A stretch of 64,000 nt of DNA, from contig CAVPOC010000001.1 in the NCBI GenBank assembly GCA_963706955.1, positions 173,610-237,609 of the forward strand, written 5' to 3'. Made by a program: the position numbers and the translations under genes. This document shows positions 9,742 to 19,169 of the stretch, piece after piece. Source of the stretch: an uncultured Verrucomicrobiae bacterium (GTDB lineage: Bacteria; Verrucomicrobiota; Verrucomicrobiia; Chthoniobacterales; Terrimicrobiaceae). The notes beneath the pieces were generated by a model. The model made no database searches and was not told where the DNA came from. It worked only from the letters and a program-made list of their open reading frames with translations. The stretch's first letter is position 1. Every line of letters begins with the position of its first letter.

Positions 9742-10785
9742 GTGCCGCCAACTCAGATCGACCAAATGAATCTTATTGCCTTAATTCTTGTCGGCATCGC
9801 CGCGGTCATCGGCATCGTGCTGATGCTCATTTTAGCCAACTTCTTTGGCGTGTGGCTTCGTGCCAAGATTGCGGATGCTCCGGTTCCCTTTGCGAAACTC
9901 ATCGGCATGCGTCTGCGCCGAGTCCCCGTCGGCCTCATTGTTGACAGCCGTATCACGTCCGTGAAGGCGGGCCTCCCCCTGGAGACAGATTCCCTGGAGG
10001 CGCATTTCCTCTCCGGAGGCAACGTGAGCCATGTCGTCCTTGCGCTGATCGCTGCGGACAAGGCCGGCATTACCCTGGACTTTAACCGCGCCTGCGCCAT
10101 CGATCTGGCCATCAAAGGCACCAGTAAGACTGTGCTCGAGGCCGTGCGCACCAGCATCAATCCCAAAGTCATCGATTGCCCGAATCCTCAGCAGTCGGCC
10201 GGGAGGACCACGATCGATGCCGTCGCCCGCGATGGCATCGGAGTCAGGGTCCGCGCGCGAGTCACCGTTCGCTCCAACCTCGATCGATTTGTGGGAGGCG
10301 CCACCGAGGAGACAATTATCGCGCGCGTGGGCGAAGGGATCGTCACCTCGATTGGCTCGGCGGTGTCCTACAAAGACGTTCTCGAAAATCCGGATCGTAT
10401 CTCAAAGGTGGTCCTGCAAAAGGGGCTCGACAGCGGGACGGCCTTCGAAATCCTCTCCGTCGATATCGCCGATGTGGACATCGGCGATAACGTCGGCGCC
10501 AAGCTTCAAGCGGAGCAGGCGGAAGCGGACAAAGTCGTCGCCCAGGCGAAAGCGGAAATGCGCCGCGCCGCGGCTGTGGCCAGCGAGCAGGAAATGAAGG
10601 CGCGCACGCAGGAGATGCGAGCAAAGGTCGTCGAGGCGGAGGCCCAGGTGCCATTGGCGATGTCAGAAGCTTTCCGTAGCGGCAATCTCGGCGTGATGGA
10701 TTATTTGAAAATGAAGAATATCCAGTCCGATACCGGCATGCGTGAGTCGATCGCCGGCACTGAGCGACCGACTCACGGCAGTTGA
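9742..10785 (+). CDS. floA: Flotillin-like protein FloA (YqfA)
   Basis: [55 protein letters not shown]; alternative start 9766. Confidence 0.95.
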   Translation: MPPTQIDQMNLIALILVGIAAVIGIVLMLILANFFGVWLRAKIADAPVPFAKLIGMRLRRVPVGLIVDSRITSVKAGLPLETDSLEAHFLSGGNVSHVVLALIAADKAGITLDFNRACAIDLAIKGTSKTVLEAVRTSINPKVIDCPNPQQSAGRTTIDAVARDGIGVRVRARVTVRSNLDRFVGGATEETIIARVGEGIVTSIGSAVSYKDVLENPDRISKVVLQKGLDSGTAFEILSVDIADVDIGDNVGAKLQAEQAEADKVVAQAKAEMRRAAAVASEQEMKARTQEMRAKVVEAEAQVPLAMSEAFRSGNLGVMDYLKMKNIQSDTGMRESIAGTERPTHGS

Positions 10786-10808
10786 GGTCGGTCGGCTAGT
10801 TTACGCAC

Positions 10809-11384
10809 ATGGAGCAGCTCGTCATCCTTCTGCTGATCGCGTTGATCAGCATTATCAACTGGATTATCCAGAAATCGAAGGAATCGCGCGAAAAGCGCAA
10901 GCTGGAAAAGCGGGCTGACGCCACCGGCGAACCGGTCGCCAAGCACGAGCCAGCTCCCGATGCGACAGGAACAGAGACGGCCATGCGCCGGCTCAGGGAA
11001 GCGCTTGGACTACCAGAGGACGCTCCACCGCCAGCCATCCCAAAGAGGGCGGAGTCAGAAAGGGTCGAGTCGAAGAGAATCGAGCCAAAGCGGATCGAGC
11101 GTCCGGCTGTCGCGCCTCAGCCCTCGCCAGATCGGCTGGTGCCACCGCCGCTTCCCAAGCCGGAGAGAAGGCCCGCTGTGGTCCACGTGCCGTCGGTGCG
11201 CTGGGATCATCGCAGGTTCGAACATCTCCACAAGATGGCCAAGCCTTCGCAACCTGAGGCGCCGACACAGCCTCCTCGAATTCGTGAACTTCTCCAATCC
11301 CAAGGAGGTTTGCGCGATGCGGTGGTTCTTTCGGAAATTCTGGGTCCGCCGAAGAGCTTGCGAGAGCGTTCGCTTCCCTTATGA
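10809..11384 (+). CDS. YqfB-like Pro-rich membrane-anchored protein
   Basis: N-terminal TM; C-terminal LRDAVVLSEILGPPKS; position after floA. Confidence 0.75.
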   Translation: MEQLVILLLIALISIINWIIQKSKESREKRKLEKRADATGEPVAKHEPAPDATGTETAMRRLREALGLPEDAPPPAIPKRAESERVESKRIEPKRIERPAVAPQPSPDRLVPPPLPKPERRPAVVHVPSVRWDHRRFEHLHKMAKPSQPEAPTQPPRIRELLQSQGGLRDAVVLSEILGPPKSLRERSLPL

Positions 11385-11626
11385 ACGGAGAACTCGTCGA
11401 ACTTCGGGAAGCGCTTCAGGAGAGGCTCGACGTGATCGCCGACCAGGAGCTCCGGGCCCGCGACCCGCGTGCTCACCTCGAACGCTTGAAGGCAGCGGCC
11501 TCCCGGTTGGACGCTGCCATTGCTCGGCTGCGTCCAAACTGTGATCCGCAATTGCGCCACTTTCTCGATCGCCAGAGCTACCTCAAGGCCCTGGCCTGGC
11601 TTGAACACGCCAGCGCAGATTCGTAA
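11381..11626 (+). CDS. Small helical hypothetical protein
   Basis: ATGA-coupled to the upstream gene; LRHFLDRQSYLKAL. Confidence 0.65.
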   Translation: MNGELVELREALQERLDVIADQELRARDPRAHLERLKAAASRLDAAIARLRPNCDPQLRHFLDRQSYLKALAWLEHASADS

Positions 11627-11661
11627 AGTTCTCCAGCCGCCCTGTCGGAGGAAGTTTGGTT

Positions 11662-11718
11662 GTAGCGGCGATGTCCCCATCGTCGAGGGGCCCTCGGCGG
11701 CGGGGACGCCGCCGCTAC
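11662..11718. repeat. GTAG-type REP-like palindrome (best-preserved copy)
   Basis: GTAGCGGCGATGTCCCCATCGTCGA-N7-TCGGCGGCGGGGACGCCGCCGCTAC. Confidence 0.75.
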
Positions 11719-11852
11719 GGAACAAATCTTCGCAGTGGCAACTCTGTCTTAGATCAGCGTCTTGAGCCGGTCACGAAGGGCGTCTGAAGCGTCACTGGTT
11801 CGGAAATTTGATCTTGCCATGGCTTAGGCGGTAGGGGATATAGGTCCACTGA

Positions 11853-12605
11853 ATGAAGATTCTCGCCGCCCTGCTGATTCTCATCGTGGCATCTGAATAC
11901 CTTCACGCCAGTGCCGGCCCGCCTCCGTTCACTAATGGATCTCCACTGGTCTCAGGTGTGGACGGTAGCTATCAGGCAACAGCGAGAGGTCGAAATTTAA
12001 CGGGCGTCTTCAGGTTTACCTACTCCGGGGGCAGGCAAACGAGTAATCCGCAATTTCCAACGGGCAATACAGTGGCTAGTTTGCTAACGGACCCTTATAA
12101 CGACTATGTGTTCTTTGTTGAAGGAACGGTCTATCGCGGACTGGTTCAGGCCAACATTAACGTCAACAGCATTGCCGGCGTGCTGGATAACGGCGGTGCC
12201 AACGTTCCCAACTTCGGCGGCACTTCAGCTCCGACCCCATCGTCTTCTCCGACAACATCGCCTACTCCGACAACATCGCCTACTCCGACAACATCGCCTA
12301 CTCCGACAGCGTCGCCTACTCCGACAGCGTCGCCTACTCCGACTCCCCCGCAATCCTCTACGCAGACTAGCCTGCAAATCTTGTCCTTCATGAACGGCTT
12401 CTTTCATGGAACAATCGACCAAACCTCTCCTTATGCCTCATTTCATGGGAAGGGAGAGGTAGCGGTGACGGACTTCACGAATACGACAGATGGGGGATTT
12501 GGTATTACGGCTTTTTTCACGGTAAAGTTTAGATTCTGCGGTGTCAGAAATGCGACTGGCACAACGACTTCGTCGATCACCACCACGACGACGACCTCGG
12601 GTTGA
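11853..12605 (+). CDS. Secreted hypothetical protein with an internal Pro/Thr/Ser linker and Thr-rich tail
   Basis: Signal peptide; (PTTSPT/PTASPT)n. Confidence 0.75.
   Translation: MKILAALLILIVASEYLHASAGPPPFTNGSPLVSGVDGSYQATARGRNLTGVFRFTYSGGRQTSNPQFPTGNTVASLLTDPYNDYVFFVEGTVYRGLVQANINVNSIAGVLDNGGANVPNFGGTSAPTPSSSPTTSPTPTTSPTPTTSPTPTASPTPTASPTPTPPQSSTQTSLQILSFMNGFFHGTIDQTSPYASFHGKGEVAVTDFTNTTDGGFGITAFFTVKFRFCGVRNATGTTTSSITTTTTTSG
12247..12343 (+). repeat. 18-bp coding tandem repeat, about 5.4 units
   Basis: CTCCGACAACATCGCCTA x3, then CTCCGACAGCGTCGCCTA x2, then a partial unit. Confidence 0.95.
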
Positions 12606-12636
12606 GGAGAGAAATTCCAACTCTTTTAGTTAGGCA

Positions 12637-13161
12637 CTGAAGCGCAGATCAAGGTTCGGTAATCGGGCGATTACCCTGGTGGAGCTGCTCGTCGGAGTAG
12701 GGATAGTGGCGGTCCTGGTCGGCATAGTCTTCAAAGGCGTTCCCTACCTGAGGGACCGCGCCGAGGGAGTCCGCTGTGTCACCAATATGCGTTCGCTGCA
12801 AGTGTCCCTGGCGGCGTATGTGCAAGACAAGGGACATTGGCCGCAGGAACCCGAGGAAATCTGGAACTCCGATAACTTAGAAGCGTACGAGGACTGGTGG
12901 TTGAACGAGCTTGAGCCCTATGGCGCTCCCGAGGATGTGTGGCAATGTCCCACCGTCAAGCGCCTGGTAGTTGCAAAAACTAAGGATGGGCGTCCCAAGG
13001 TTCACTATACTCCCACGATGTTCGACGAGAACCCTTATACTCCTTACAAGTGGAGCAACCAACCTTGGTTGACCGAGATTGGGAACATGCACGGGCGTGG
13101 GGCGTTGATTTGTTTTCCAGACGGTTCGATCAGAGCGATGAACGATGTCGTCAAGCGGTAG
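12637..13161 (+). CDS. Prepilin-type N-methylation / H-X9-DG domain pseudopilin
   Basis: Leader KRRSRFGNRA|ITLVELLVGVGIVAVL and C-terminal HGRGALICFPDG. The only plausible in-frame start before the cleavage site is CTG 12637 (TAG at 12631). Confidence 0.85.
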   Translation: MKRRSRFGNRAITLVELLVGVGIVAVLVGIVFKGVPYLRDRAEGVRCVTNMRSLQVSLAAYVQDKGHWPQEPEEIWNSDNLEAYEDWWLNELEPYGAPEDVWQCPTVKRLVVAKTKDGRPKVHYTPTMFDENPYTPYKWSNQPWLTEIGNMHGRGALICFPDGSIRAMNDVVKR

Positions 13162-13251
13162 CGAGGAGTTCGTTGAGAGTTGAGTGATAACCGCGGTTGA
13201 TTGACTCTCAACCACAGGCGCAGCCGTCCTCTCGACTCTAACTTGCCTGTG

Positions 13252-13950
13252 TCAGCTGCCCTTTTCCTGCGCCACCCATTCAATGGCGAAGCGCACCATT
13301 TCGCTGGCGTCCTTGAAGCCGAGCTTTTCCTTGATGTGTGCGCGATGCGTCTCAATGGTTTTGACGCTCAAGTGAAGTTGGTCGGCAATCGCTTTGGTGC
13401 CCAGTCCACGTCCGAGAAGTTCGAGCACCTCGAGTTCACGGTCGGAAAGTTTGTCGACCGGAGAGCCCATTCCGCCCTCCACAGACTGAACCGCTTGAAA
13501 GATGAGCCGCTCGCTGAATTCGGGACTGACATAAATTTCTCCCTTGAGGACTTTGCGCAGCGCGGCCAGGACATGGGTGAGCGCTTCGACCTTCATGACA
13601 TACCCTAGCGCACCGGCACGCAAGGCGCGCAAGGCATAGAGCGATTCGTCATGCATAGAAAGCATCAGGAGGGGCAAATTCGGCTGCTCGGCCTTCATCA
13701 GTTTGATCAACTCAATCCCGTTGGTTCCCGGCAGGGAAATGTCGAGCAGGGCTACATCGGGCCGCAGCGTGCGCATGGCCTCGAGGGCGGAGGGCGAGGA
13801 GGAGGCTTCTCCGCACACCATCAGATCCTGCTCGGCATTGATCAGCGCCGTGATGCCATGGCGAAAGACAGGATGGTCGTCAACAATGAGAACGCGTCGC
13901 TTGACCTGGGTAGAATTAGCAGGGTCGTTTTCTATTTTGCTCGAGGTCAT
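13252..13950 (-). CDS. NarL/LuxR-family response regulator
   Basis: VDDHP, LDISLP, YVMK; HTH LSDRELEV..LSVKTIETHR. Confidence 0.95.
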   Translation of the reverse strand: MTSSKIENDPANSTQVKRRVLIVDDHPVFRHGITALINAEQDLMVCGEASSSPSALEAMRTLRPDVALLDISLPGTNGIELIKLMKAEQPNLPLLMLSMHDESLYALRALRAGALGYVMKVEALTHVLAALRKVLKGEIYVSPEFSERLIFQAVQSVEGGMGSPVDKLSDRELEVLELLGRGLGTKAIADQLHLSVKTIETHRAHIKEKLGFKDASEMVRFAIEWVAQEKGS

Positions 13951-14957
13951 GACGTCTGGGGAAAGGTGCAGCCAACGCTCGTTCCTACTCCGCTATGGAA
14001 CTTGAGGCGAAGCTGTCCGCGGATTGCTTTGGCGCGGTAGCGAAGGGTTTTGGAGGCGATGTGATTTGCGTCGGCAGTGAGCGGGCCTTCTTTTGCGCCA
14101 TTATCGAAAATCTCAATCCGAAGGGAATCCCCTTTCGCCGAAAGGCGGATGGAAACTTTGGTTGCGTCCGTGTGATGAAGCGCATGGAGGATCGTCTCCT
14201 GAATGATGCGATAGGCATGAAGGGCGGACTGGGCAGTCGGCCGGGGGACGTCTCCCAAGCAATGAAATTCACACGGGAGGGCATCTTTCATCCGATCCGC
14301 GAGACCTTGAATTGCCGACGGCAGTTCCCCGGACTCGAGTTCGACCGGATGAAGGGTCCGTGAAATGTCGCGCACTTGTGCAACCGTTTCATTGACCATG
14401 CGGGCTAGTTCATGAAGTTGCTCAGCGTGGCGCGATCCCTCACGGCCGAGGTCTCCTGCGAGGGCTTTTACCGCGAAGGCGGCGCCAAGAATTTGCTGGC
14501 AAAGATGATCATGCATCTCCTTGCCGATCCGCCGTTGCTCGCGGTCGGCAGCATCCAGGAAAGCATGCTCGAGAAACCTCGATTCGGTTGCGTCGTTGAA
14601 CGCCAGAAGGAGACGACGACTGTCCGGTCGAATCTGAAGAGCCCAGATCTCCACGGGCACGATCGTGCCATCTTTCGTCTGGCAAAGGACCTCGCATTGA
14701 GACACTCCGTCGTGAGAGACAGCCGCAAGACAATCTTCAAAGTCCTTGCCAGCCGCAAGAACGACGATGCTGCGCCCGATCATTTCTTCCTCTTGCCAGC
14801 CAAAGATCCGTTCGGCCGCGGCGCTCCAGCGACTCACTTGGCGTTTCCCATTCACTTCCACCAAGGCGATTCGGCCTGCATCGAGGAGAGCGCAGAGAGC
14901 CTGACTCTCTTGCAACCCCATCTTTTCAACGGATGTGACGGTATTGGCAGAAGTCAT
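13947..14957 (-). CDS. PAS + HisKA_3 histidine-kinase-like protein with a degenerate ATPase domain
   Basis: PAS (WSAAAERIFGW); H-box EQRRIGKEMHDHLCQ; N/G1/G2 boxes eroded; start uncertain (15041/14957/14921). Confidence 0.85.
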   Translation of the reverse strand: MTSANTVTSVEKMGLQESQALCALLDAGRIALVEVNGKRQVSRWSAAAERIFGWQEEEMIGRSIVVLAAGKDFEDCLAAVSHDGVSQCEVLCQTKDGTIVPVEIWALQIRPDSRRLLLAFNDATESRFLEHAFLDAADREQRRIGKEMHDHLCQQILGAAFAVKALAGDLGREGSRHAEQLHELARMVNETVAQVRDISRTLHPVELESGELPSAIQGLADRMKDALPCEFHCLGDVPRPTAQSALHAYRIIQETILHALHHTDATKVSIRLSAKGDSLRIEIFDNGAKEGPLTADANHIASKTLRYRAKAIRGQLRLKFHSGVGTSVGCTFPQTS

Positions 14958-15083
14958 CTGCCAAGAATATATCGCGCCTGTCAAAAGTCTGCCCTGATTG
15001 GTTAAAGAACTTCTTCTCGCCGCGAGATTTCTCAGTGCCATCGCCTCGTTTCAGTGCCCGGGAGAGCAACCTTGGTAACTCGC

Positions 15084-15251
15084 TCAGGGTCGTGGGGGAC
15101 GTCCCCGGAAGAGGAACGATACCAAAAACAGGATGATGAAGATACCAAAGAGAACTTGCGCAATCCATGCTGCCGAGCCCGCGATTCCTCCGAAGCCCAG
15201 AACTGCCGCGATGAGCGCTATGATCAAGAAGGTAATTGCCCAACTAAGCAT
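15084..15251 (-). CDS. DUF1328/UPF0391 (YtjA-like) small membrane protein, 55 aa, absent from the ORF track
   Basis: Translated by hand: [63 protein letters not shown]. Confidence 0.92.
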   Translation of the reverse strand: MLSWAITFLIIALIAAVLGFGGIAGSAAWIAQVLFGIFIILFLVSFLFRGRPPRP

Positions 15252-15360
15252 AGGTTCCTTTCTATTTGTCCGTGAATCGCACTGGCTCAGGGGACCGAGC
15301 GTGTCTTGGAGAAGACCATCATTTTCCTGAGGCTCTCCTCAGGGCAAGCCCCTAAAAAGC

Positions 15361-15744
15361 TTACGGATCCTGTCGCAGTTGAGCCGCGGCAGACGCCAGG
15401 AGCGCATCCAGATCCTCTGGGAGGAAAGGCTTCGTGAGATGATGCTTGTAGCCTGCGGCCAAGCTTTTCTCACGGTCAGAGTGCGTGCCGAAGCCGCTCA
15501 TAGCGATGCCGAAGGGTTTCGACTCAAGCTGCCGGATCAATTGCCAGCCATCGCCGTCCGGCAAACCGATGTCGCTAATAAGAATGTCGAATTTCGACGA
15601 GGAAAATGCCTTGATGGCTGAAGCCATATCGCGAGTGCCGCGAACCTCGTGTCCTTGAATCTCCAAATACTTGGCGAGATATTTCAGGGTGTCCTCATGG
15701 TTTTCGACCAGGAGAATTCTTAACGAGCGTGAGGGGTGGTTCAT
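15361..15744 (-). CDS. Single-domain response regulator (REC)
   Basis: ILLVENHED, ISDIGLPDGDG, MSG, LTKP. Confidence 0.9.
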   Translation of the reverse strand: MNHPSRSLRILLVENHEDTLKYLAKYLEIQGHEVRGTRDMASAIKAFSSSKFDILISDIGLPDGDGWQLIRQLESKPFGIAMSGFGTHSDREKSLAAGYKHHLTKPFLPEDLDALLASAAAQLRQDP

Positions 15745-15753
15745 CGGTTGCGC

Positions 15754-18210
15754 TTAGCGGACTGTGGCAAGTTCAAGGGCAAAAGTTGCACCTTGATCCT
15801 TGCCCTTGCTCCGGGCGATGAGGCTGCCGTGGTGGGCGTCCACGGTGGCTTTCGAGAGGGCGAGCCCCAAGCCGAGCCCTCCGGTTTGTCGCACCGTATC
15901 GGACTCGCCTTGTTCAAAGGGATTGAAAATACGGGTCAAGAGTTCGGGACCAATGCCGACACCGGTATCCGAGACCTCGACCACGATCGGCCCATCCTTG
16001 TTGTATGACTGAATCCGAATCTCTCCTCCTTCCGCAGTAAACTTGACCGCATTCCTGATCAAATTCCAGAAGACTTGTTGCAGGCGGGCGAAGTCGCCTA
16101 GCACCAGGCTCTTCCTTGCGAACAACTGCAGACGGAGGCGAAGATTCTTCGCATCGATCTCCGGCTGACAGGTCTTCAGCGCTTGCTCAAGCGGGACATG
16201 GACATCGAGCTGCTCGAGCTCGAGTTCGACTTTGTTCCGCGCGATTCGCGTCAGATCGAGCAGGTCCTCGATGAGGCGCGCTTCGACCTTGATGTTGCGC
16301 TGGATCATGTCGAGCGCATCGAGCACCTCGTCGGAAAGGCCTTTCTCGGAACTGATCGCCGACACAGCCATCAACACTGGCGTCAGCGGGGTCCGCAGCT
16401 CATGGCTAAGGACGGCCAGAAACTGATCCTTCGCGCGCCCCGCAGATTCGGCTTGTTCTCGGGCGAGCTCCGCTGCGGCCAGCGCGGACTGGAGCTGTTG
16501 CTGATGGGCACGCAACTGCTCCTCGAATCTTTTGCGTTCGGTGATGTCGCGGATTACACCGATCATGCGGACAGGGCGTCCAGTCTGTTCGTCGTAATAA
16601 GCGCGCCCATGAGCTGACAACCAGCGAATCTCGCCGTCAAGCCCTGAGGAGCGGAACTCTCCCTCAAAATCCACCCTTTGTTCCTTGGCGCGCTGGAGCG
16701 CATGGTGGACGGCCTCCCGATCACTGGCGTGGAAATAACTGATGAACAGTTCGTATGAGCCCTCGTGTAGATCCGGAGGAATCCCAAGCATTCGGTTGTG
16801 TTCCGGGGACCAATTTACAGTCTTCCCGATAGTCCAATCCCAAAAGCCAAGACCTGCAGCTTCCATGGCCAGCCGGCAACGACCCTCACTCTCCCGCAGA
16901 TCGAACTGTGCGCGTTTGAGGTCGTCGACGTCCGTGTTCGAGCCAACCCATATACTTACCGTCCCGTCCGCTCTGCGCATTGGCTGCGCACGACTCAGAT
17001 GCCAGCGGTAGGTGCCGTCGACACGGCGAAAGCGATGTTCGAATTCGAAGGGAGTTCCGGTTTTGAACGCCTGATTCCAGCGGTTCACCTTTTCATCGAG
17101 GTCATCGGGATGAACAAACTCCCGCCAACCGAGACGCAGCACCTCACGCAGCGGGAGGCCCGTGTAGATCGACCATTGCTGATTGAGATAGTCGATCTCG
17201 CCATCCGGAGTTGCGGTAAATATCTTCTCTGGCAAGGCGTCCGCGAGACGCTGAAAACGTGCAACACTCTCTGCGGCGAGGGCTTCGGCCTGCTTGCGGT
17301 CGGTGATGTCGATCGCCACGCCGCGCCAAACGCCACCCTCGCTTGTCTCGCCAGAGGGAATTACCCGTCCCGTTGCGACGATCCAATGCACCGCGCTGTC
17401 CGGCCAAACACATCGAACTTCAAGCTTGAAGGTGTTCTGATGGTGCAAGCTTTTCTGCAGCGCATGTGCGATTCGCTCACGATCATCTGAATGGATTGTG
17501 TCCAGAAACCGCTGAAGTGTCATTTTTGTTTCGTTTGCACCTCCGAACATCTGCCGGCAGCGCTCCGACCAGACGAATTCGTCATTGGAGATATTCCACT
17601 CCCACGTGCCAATGGCGGCGCACTCGACGGCCAGTTGGAACTGTTCCTCCTTTTCTCGTGAGGCGATCCTGTTACGATGATGCGCGATTGCTATGCTTGC
17701 TAAGAGTGTGGCCATAGTAGCGAGCGGCTCCCAGCGAGGCATAGAATCGCGGAGACGATGGTAGATCGCGAAAGACCCGACTACACGTCCCTCGAGATCA
17801 ATGATCGGTTTGGACTGGCAGCACCGCAAGCCATGCGCGAGGCAATCATCACGCCAACGGCTGCCGAGCCACCGTTGATCGCTCTCAATATCTTCGACGA
17901 TTGTCGTTTCACCCTTGCGTGCCGCTAAAACACATGGACTGCCCTCTGATTCCTGGATCTTCGCCCCAATTCCAGGTCTGATAGTTTCCGGCAAACTCGG
18001 TCCGGCGCTCTGAGTTATGATGCTGCGAGCCGAATCGATTACCAAGATCTCGCACGAAAGTTCATCGACCTCGCTCTCGGCAGCAAGTGCAATCTTATCA
18101 AGTATTTGTTCCAAGGGAGTGTCGTCGACTATGCCTTGCAAGACGGCAGCGTGGTCTCGCCAGGCACGAAGATTCTGCTCCTTGTCGCTCCGCATCGACA
18201 TCGCATACAA
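15754..18210 (-). CDS. GAF-PAS-PAS-PAS sensor histidine kinase
   Basis: Three PAS/PAC units; LSHELRTPL, NLIRNAVKFT, DTGVG, GGLGLGL. Confidence 0.95.
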   Translation of the reverse strand: MYAMSMRSDKEQNLRAWRDHAAVLQGIVDDTPLEQILDKIALAAESEVDELSCEILVIDSARSIITQSAGPSLPETIRPGIGAKIQESEGSPCVLAARKGETTIVEDIESDQRWLGSRWRDDCLAHGLRCCQSKPIIDLEGRVVGSFAIYHRLRDSMPRWEPLATMATLLASIAIAHHRNRIASREKEEQFQLAVECAAIGTWEWNISNDEFVWSERCRQMFGGANETKMTLQRFLDTIHSDDRERIAHALQKSLHHQNTFKLEVRCVWPDSAVHWIVATGRVIPSGETSEGGVWRGVAIDITDRKQAEALAAESVARFQRLADALPEKIFTATPDGEIDYLNQQWSIYTGLPLREVLRLGWREFVHPDDLDEKVNRWNQAFKTGTPFEFEHRFRRVDGTYRWHLSRAQPMRRADGTVSIWVGSNTDVDDLKRAQFDLRESEGRCRLAMEAAGLGFWDWTIGKTVNWSPEHNRMLGIPPDLHEGSYELFISYFHASDREAVHHALQRAKEQRVDFEGEFRSSGLDGEIRWLSAHGRAYYDEQTGRPVRMIGVIRDITERKRFEEQLRAHQQQLQSALAAAELAREQAESAGRAKDQFLAVLSHELRTPLTPVLMAVSAISSEKGLSDEVLDALDMIQRNIKVEARLIEDLLDLTRIARNKVELELEQLDVHVPLEQALKTCQPEIDAKNLRLRLQLFARKSLVLGDFARLQQVFWNLIRNAVKFTAEGGEIRIQSYNKDGPIVVEVSDTGVGIGPELLTRIFNPFEQGESDTVRQTGGLGLGLALSKATVDAHHGSLIARSKGKDQGATFALELATVR

Positions 18211-18370
18211 GATCGTCCCCCGGTGATCGGATCACGGGAGTGGGCTGCGTGTGTCCGCGCCGGATACCCTTATCGGGAACGCCCCGTTATCGACTGTCCG
18301 GCATGGATCGGGTGGGGAAAACATGGGCCGCCTTGAGGCTGGTGGTCGATACCGATAGAAAGGAAATCCA

Positions 18371-18797
18371 ATGGCAAAGAAAAAAGAAAATCCACTTCGG
18401 AAAACGATGCATTGCAAAGAGCTCGCCTCTGAGAAACCAAAACCTTTGCAGGAGAAAAGCACTCGTGCAGGAGGCGGGTGAAACGATGCGATCTCTTCAG
18501 ACCGAGCGCTTTCCGGTGGCTGCCGGAGATCGGCTTGTTGGCACCGTCGAGGGCAAATACCCTGAGCGAGCAGCAGCCGCCCACGGTCACGATCCCAAGA
18601 CAACCTTGGTTCGTGGCAGTATGGCGAAAAAGATGTACTACTGCTTCGAGGATCAGTCACTCGAGGAGGCGCGCGAGCTTATGCGCCGCCACGAGTTATT
18701 CCACCTGCCGGTCGTGGATAAGGACCTACGCATTGTCGGCCTCGTTGCTCTGAACGACGTCGAGGATGAAAACGTCCAGGGGGACGTTTCATCCTAA
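18371..18797 (+). CDS. CBS-pair protein with one apparent +1 frameshift near 18464
   Basis: ATG 18371 with RBS reads MAKKKENP..LQEKST; the next frame continues VQEAGETM..YCFEDQSLEEARELM..LPVVD..VGLV. Confidence 0.75.
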
Positions 18798-18814
18798 ATA
18801 GCTTGTTTCGAGTG

Positions 18815-19162
18815 CTATTCTACCGGAGGACCTGACGGAGAATCCAGCAGCGGCTCACGTTCCTCACTGGCTGACCAGTTCTCGCCGCGATTTTGCTGAA
18901 TGAGCTCAAAAAGCTTTACCGCGCCGAAGACGAGAATAAGTGGCTTGAGAGCAAATAGAAAAAGCCTGATCAGAATCCCCAGGAAGAATGTGATCGGGAA
19001 AAAGCGCAGCAGATAGCCCACGGACATGCCGAGCGAGACCGCGGCTAGCGGTGAAGAGCGCACCCTCTCTTCGAAGTCTTGCAGGCATTGCGTACACGAC
19101 TCGTTTAGATTTTGGAATGTCTGTTTGATCGTGGATTCGAGAGACGAGTTTTCTGAGTTCAT
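18815..19162 (-). CDS. Hypothetical membrane protein (ElaB/DUF883-like segment)
   Basis: ERVRSSPLAAVSLGMSVGYLL followed by a hydrophobic helix. Confidence 0.65.
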   Translation of the reverse strand: MNSENSSLESTIKQTFQNLNESCTQCLQDFEERVRSSPLAAVSLGMSVGYLLRFFPITFFLGILIRLFLFALKPLILVFGAVKLFELIQQNRGENWSASEEREPLLDSPSGPPVE

Positions 19163-19169
19163 AGATTGG

